A DNA stretch of 40,885 nt from an uncultured Clostridium sp. (lineage in GTDB: Bacteria > Bacillota > Clostridia > TANB77 > CAG-508). A program made the translations under genes and the position numbers. The notes beneath the pieces were generated by a model. It was not told where the DNA came from. It did no database searches and saw only the letters and a program-made list of their open reading frames with translations. The stretch covers positions 1-40,885 of the forward strand of contig CANOYI010000002.1 in the NCBI GenBank assembly GCA_947571515.1. The letters are read 5' to 3'. Numbering within the stretch: position 1 is the stretch's first letter; the number at the start of each line of letters is the position of its first letter. Shown in pieces: positions 40,770-40,885 of the stretch.

Positions 40770-40885
40770 TTGTTACTCCTTTTATCTATGATATCAACAA
40801 CTTCCCCTATATACATTCTGTGCATAGGTTCTTCTTTATAAAATCGATCTACTTCACTTTGTGGAATACTGTTTGTATCAATATT
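40766..40885 (-). CDS. addB: 3' end of a gene translationally coupled to addA, probably addB (partial)
   Basis: The frame is open to the window edge (…IPQSEVDRFYKEEPMHRMYIGEVVDIIDKRSNK*). Its stop overlaps the addA ATG (ATGA). Called by synteny only. Confidence 0.45.
   Translation of the reverse strand, partial: NIDTNSIPQSEVDRFYKEEPMHRMYIGEVVDIIDKRSNK

Noticed and set aside
1-40885. CRISPR arrays, tRNA or rRNA genes, prophage or ICE modules
   Set aside because: There are no regularly spaced direct repeats with unique spacers. I saw no tRNA T-arm or anticodon-arm patterns. No integrase, transposase, capsid or terminase-like ORFs are present.

Overview
By eye this is a very AT-rich, low-GC Firmicutes-type chromosomal segment; base composition was not computed. 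Gram-positive markers are a sortase with an LPKTG-anchored surface protein, CotF-type spore coat genes, AddAB, RqcH and NrdDG. Nearly all genes run on the minus strand.

Housekeeping genes (smpB, class II fba, peroxiredoxin, nrdD/nrdG, rqcH, addA/addB) are interleaved with accessory genes:
- GNATs
- an NTase-fold pair
- a two-component system
- an SdpR/SdpI-like pair
- a GT2 glycosyltransferase
- two sigma/anti-sigma pairs
- a divergent DnaB-like helicase
- a DUF2207 protein
- a MATE-cytidylate-kinase-like fusion
- a ParE/RelE toxin-antitoxin pair

I found no rRNA, tRNA, CRISPR array, transposase or integrase.

The most unusual content is non-coding:
1. Two tandem ~298-bp modules at 35.67-36.22 kb have the full architecture of par/Fst-type type I toxin-antitoxin loci. 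Each has a consensus promoter, a Shine-Dalgarno-sequestering 5' hairpin, a 22-aa hydrophobic peptide, a bidirectional terminator and a convergent ~70-nt antisense RNA. The 5' end of each antisense RNA is complementary to the start region of its own toxin.
2. A conserved ~150-nt GC-richer core occurs three times (18.7, 28.1 and 36.9 kb), each at the apex of a different, locus-specific long palindrome. A compensatory base-pair change lies in the closing helix. One copy is flanked by a 9-bp direct repeat. A shorter relative is at 12.7 kb.
3. REPIN-like inverted doublets of ~30-bp palindromes with GGGGAC loops abut or overlap the stop codons of smpB, the sortase gene, rqcH and an MFS gene.
4. Two different 38-bp upstream elements are each present twice.

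There is also clear gene decay:
- addA is split by two frameshifts.
- The response regulator is split by one frameshift.
- A RelE-like toxin has an internal deletion.
- Truncated NUDIX and DXS/transketolase-like fragments remain.

All functional calls rest on motif recognition by eye; no database search was run.
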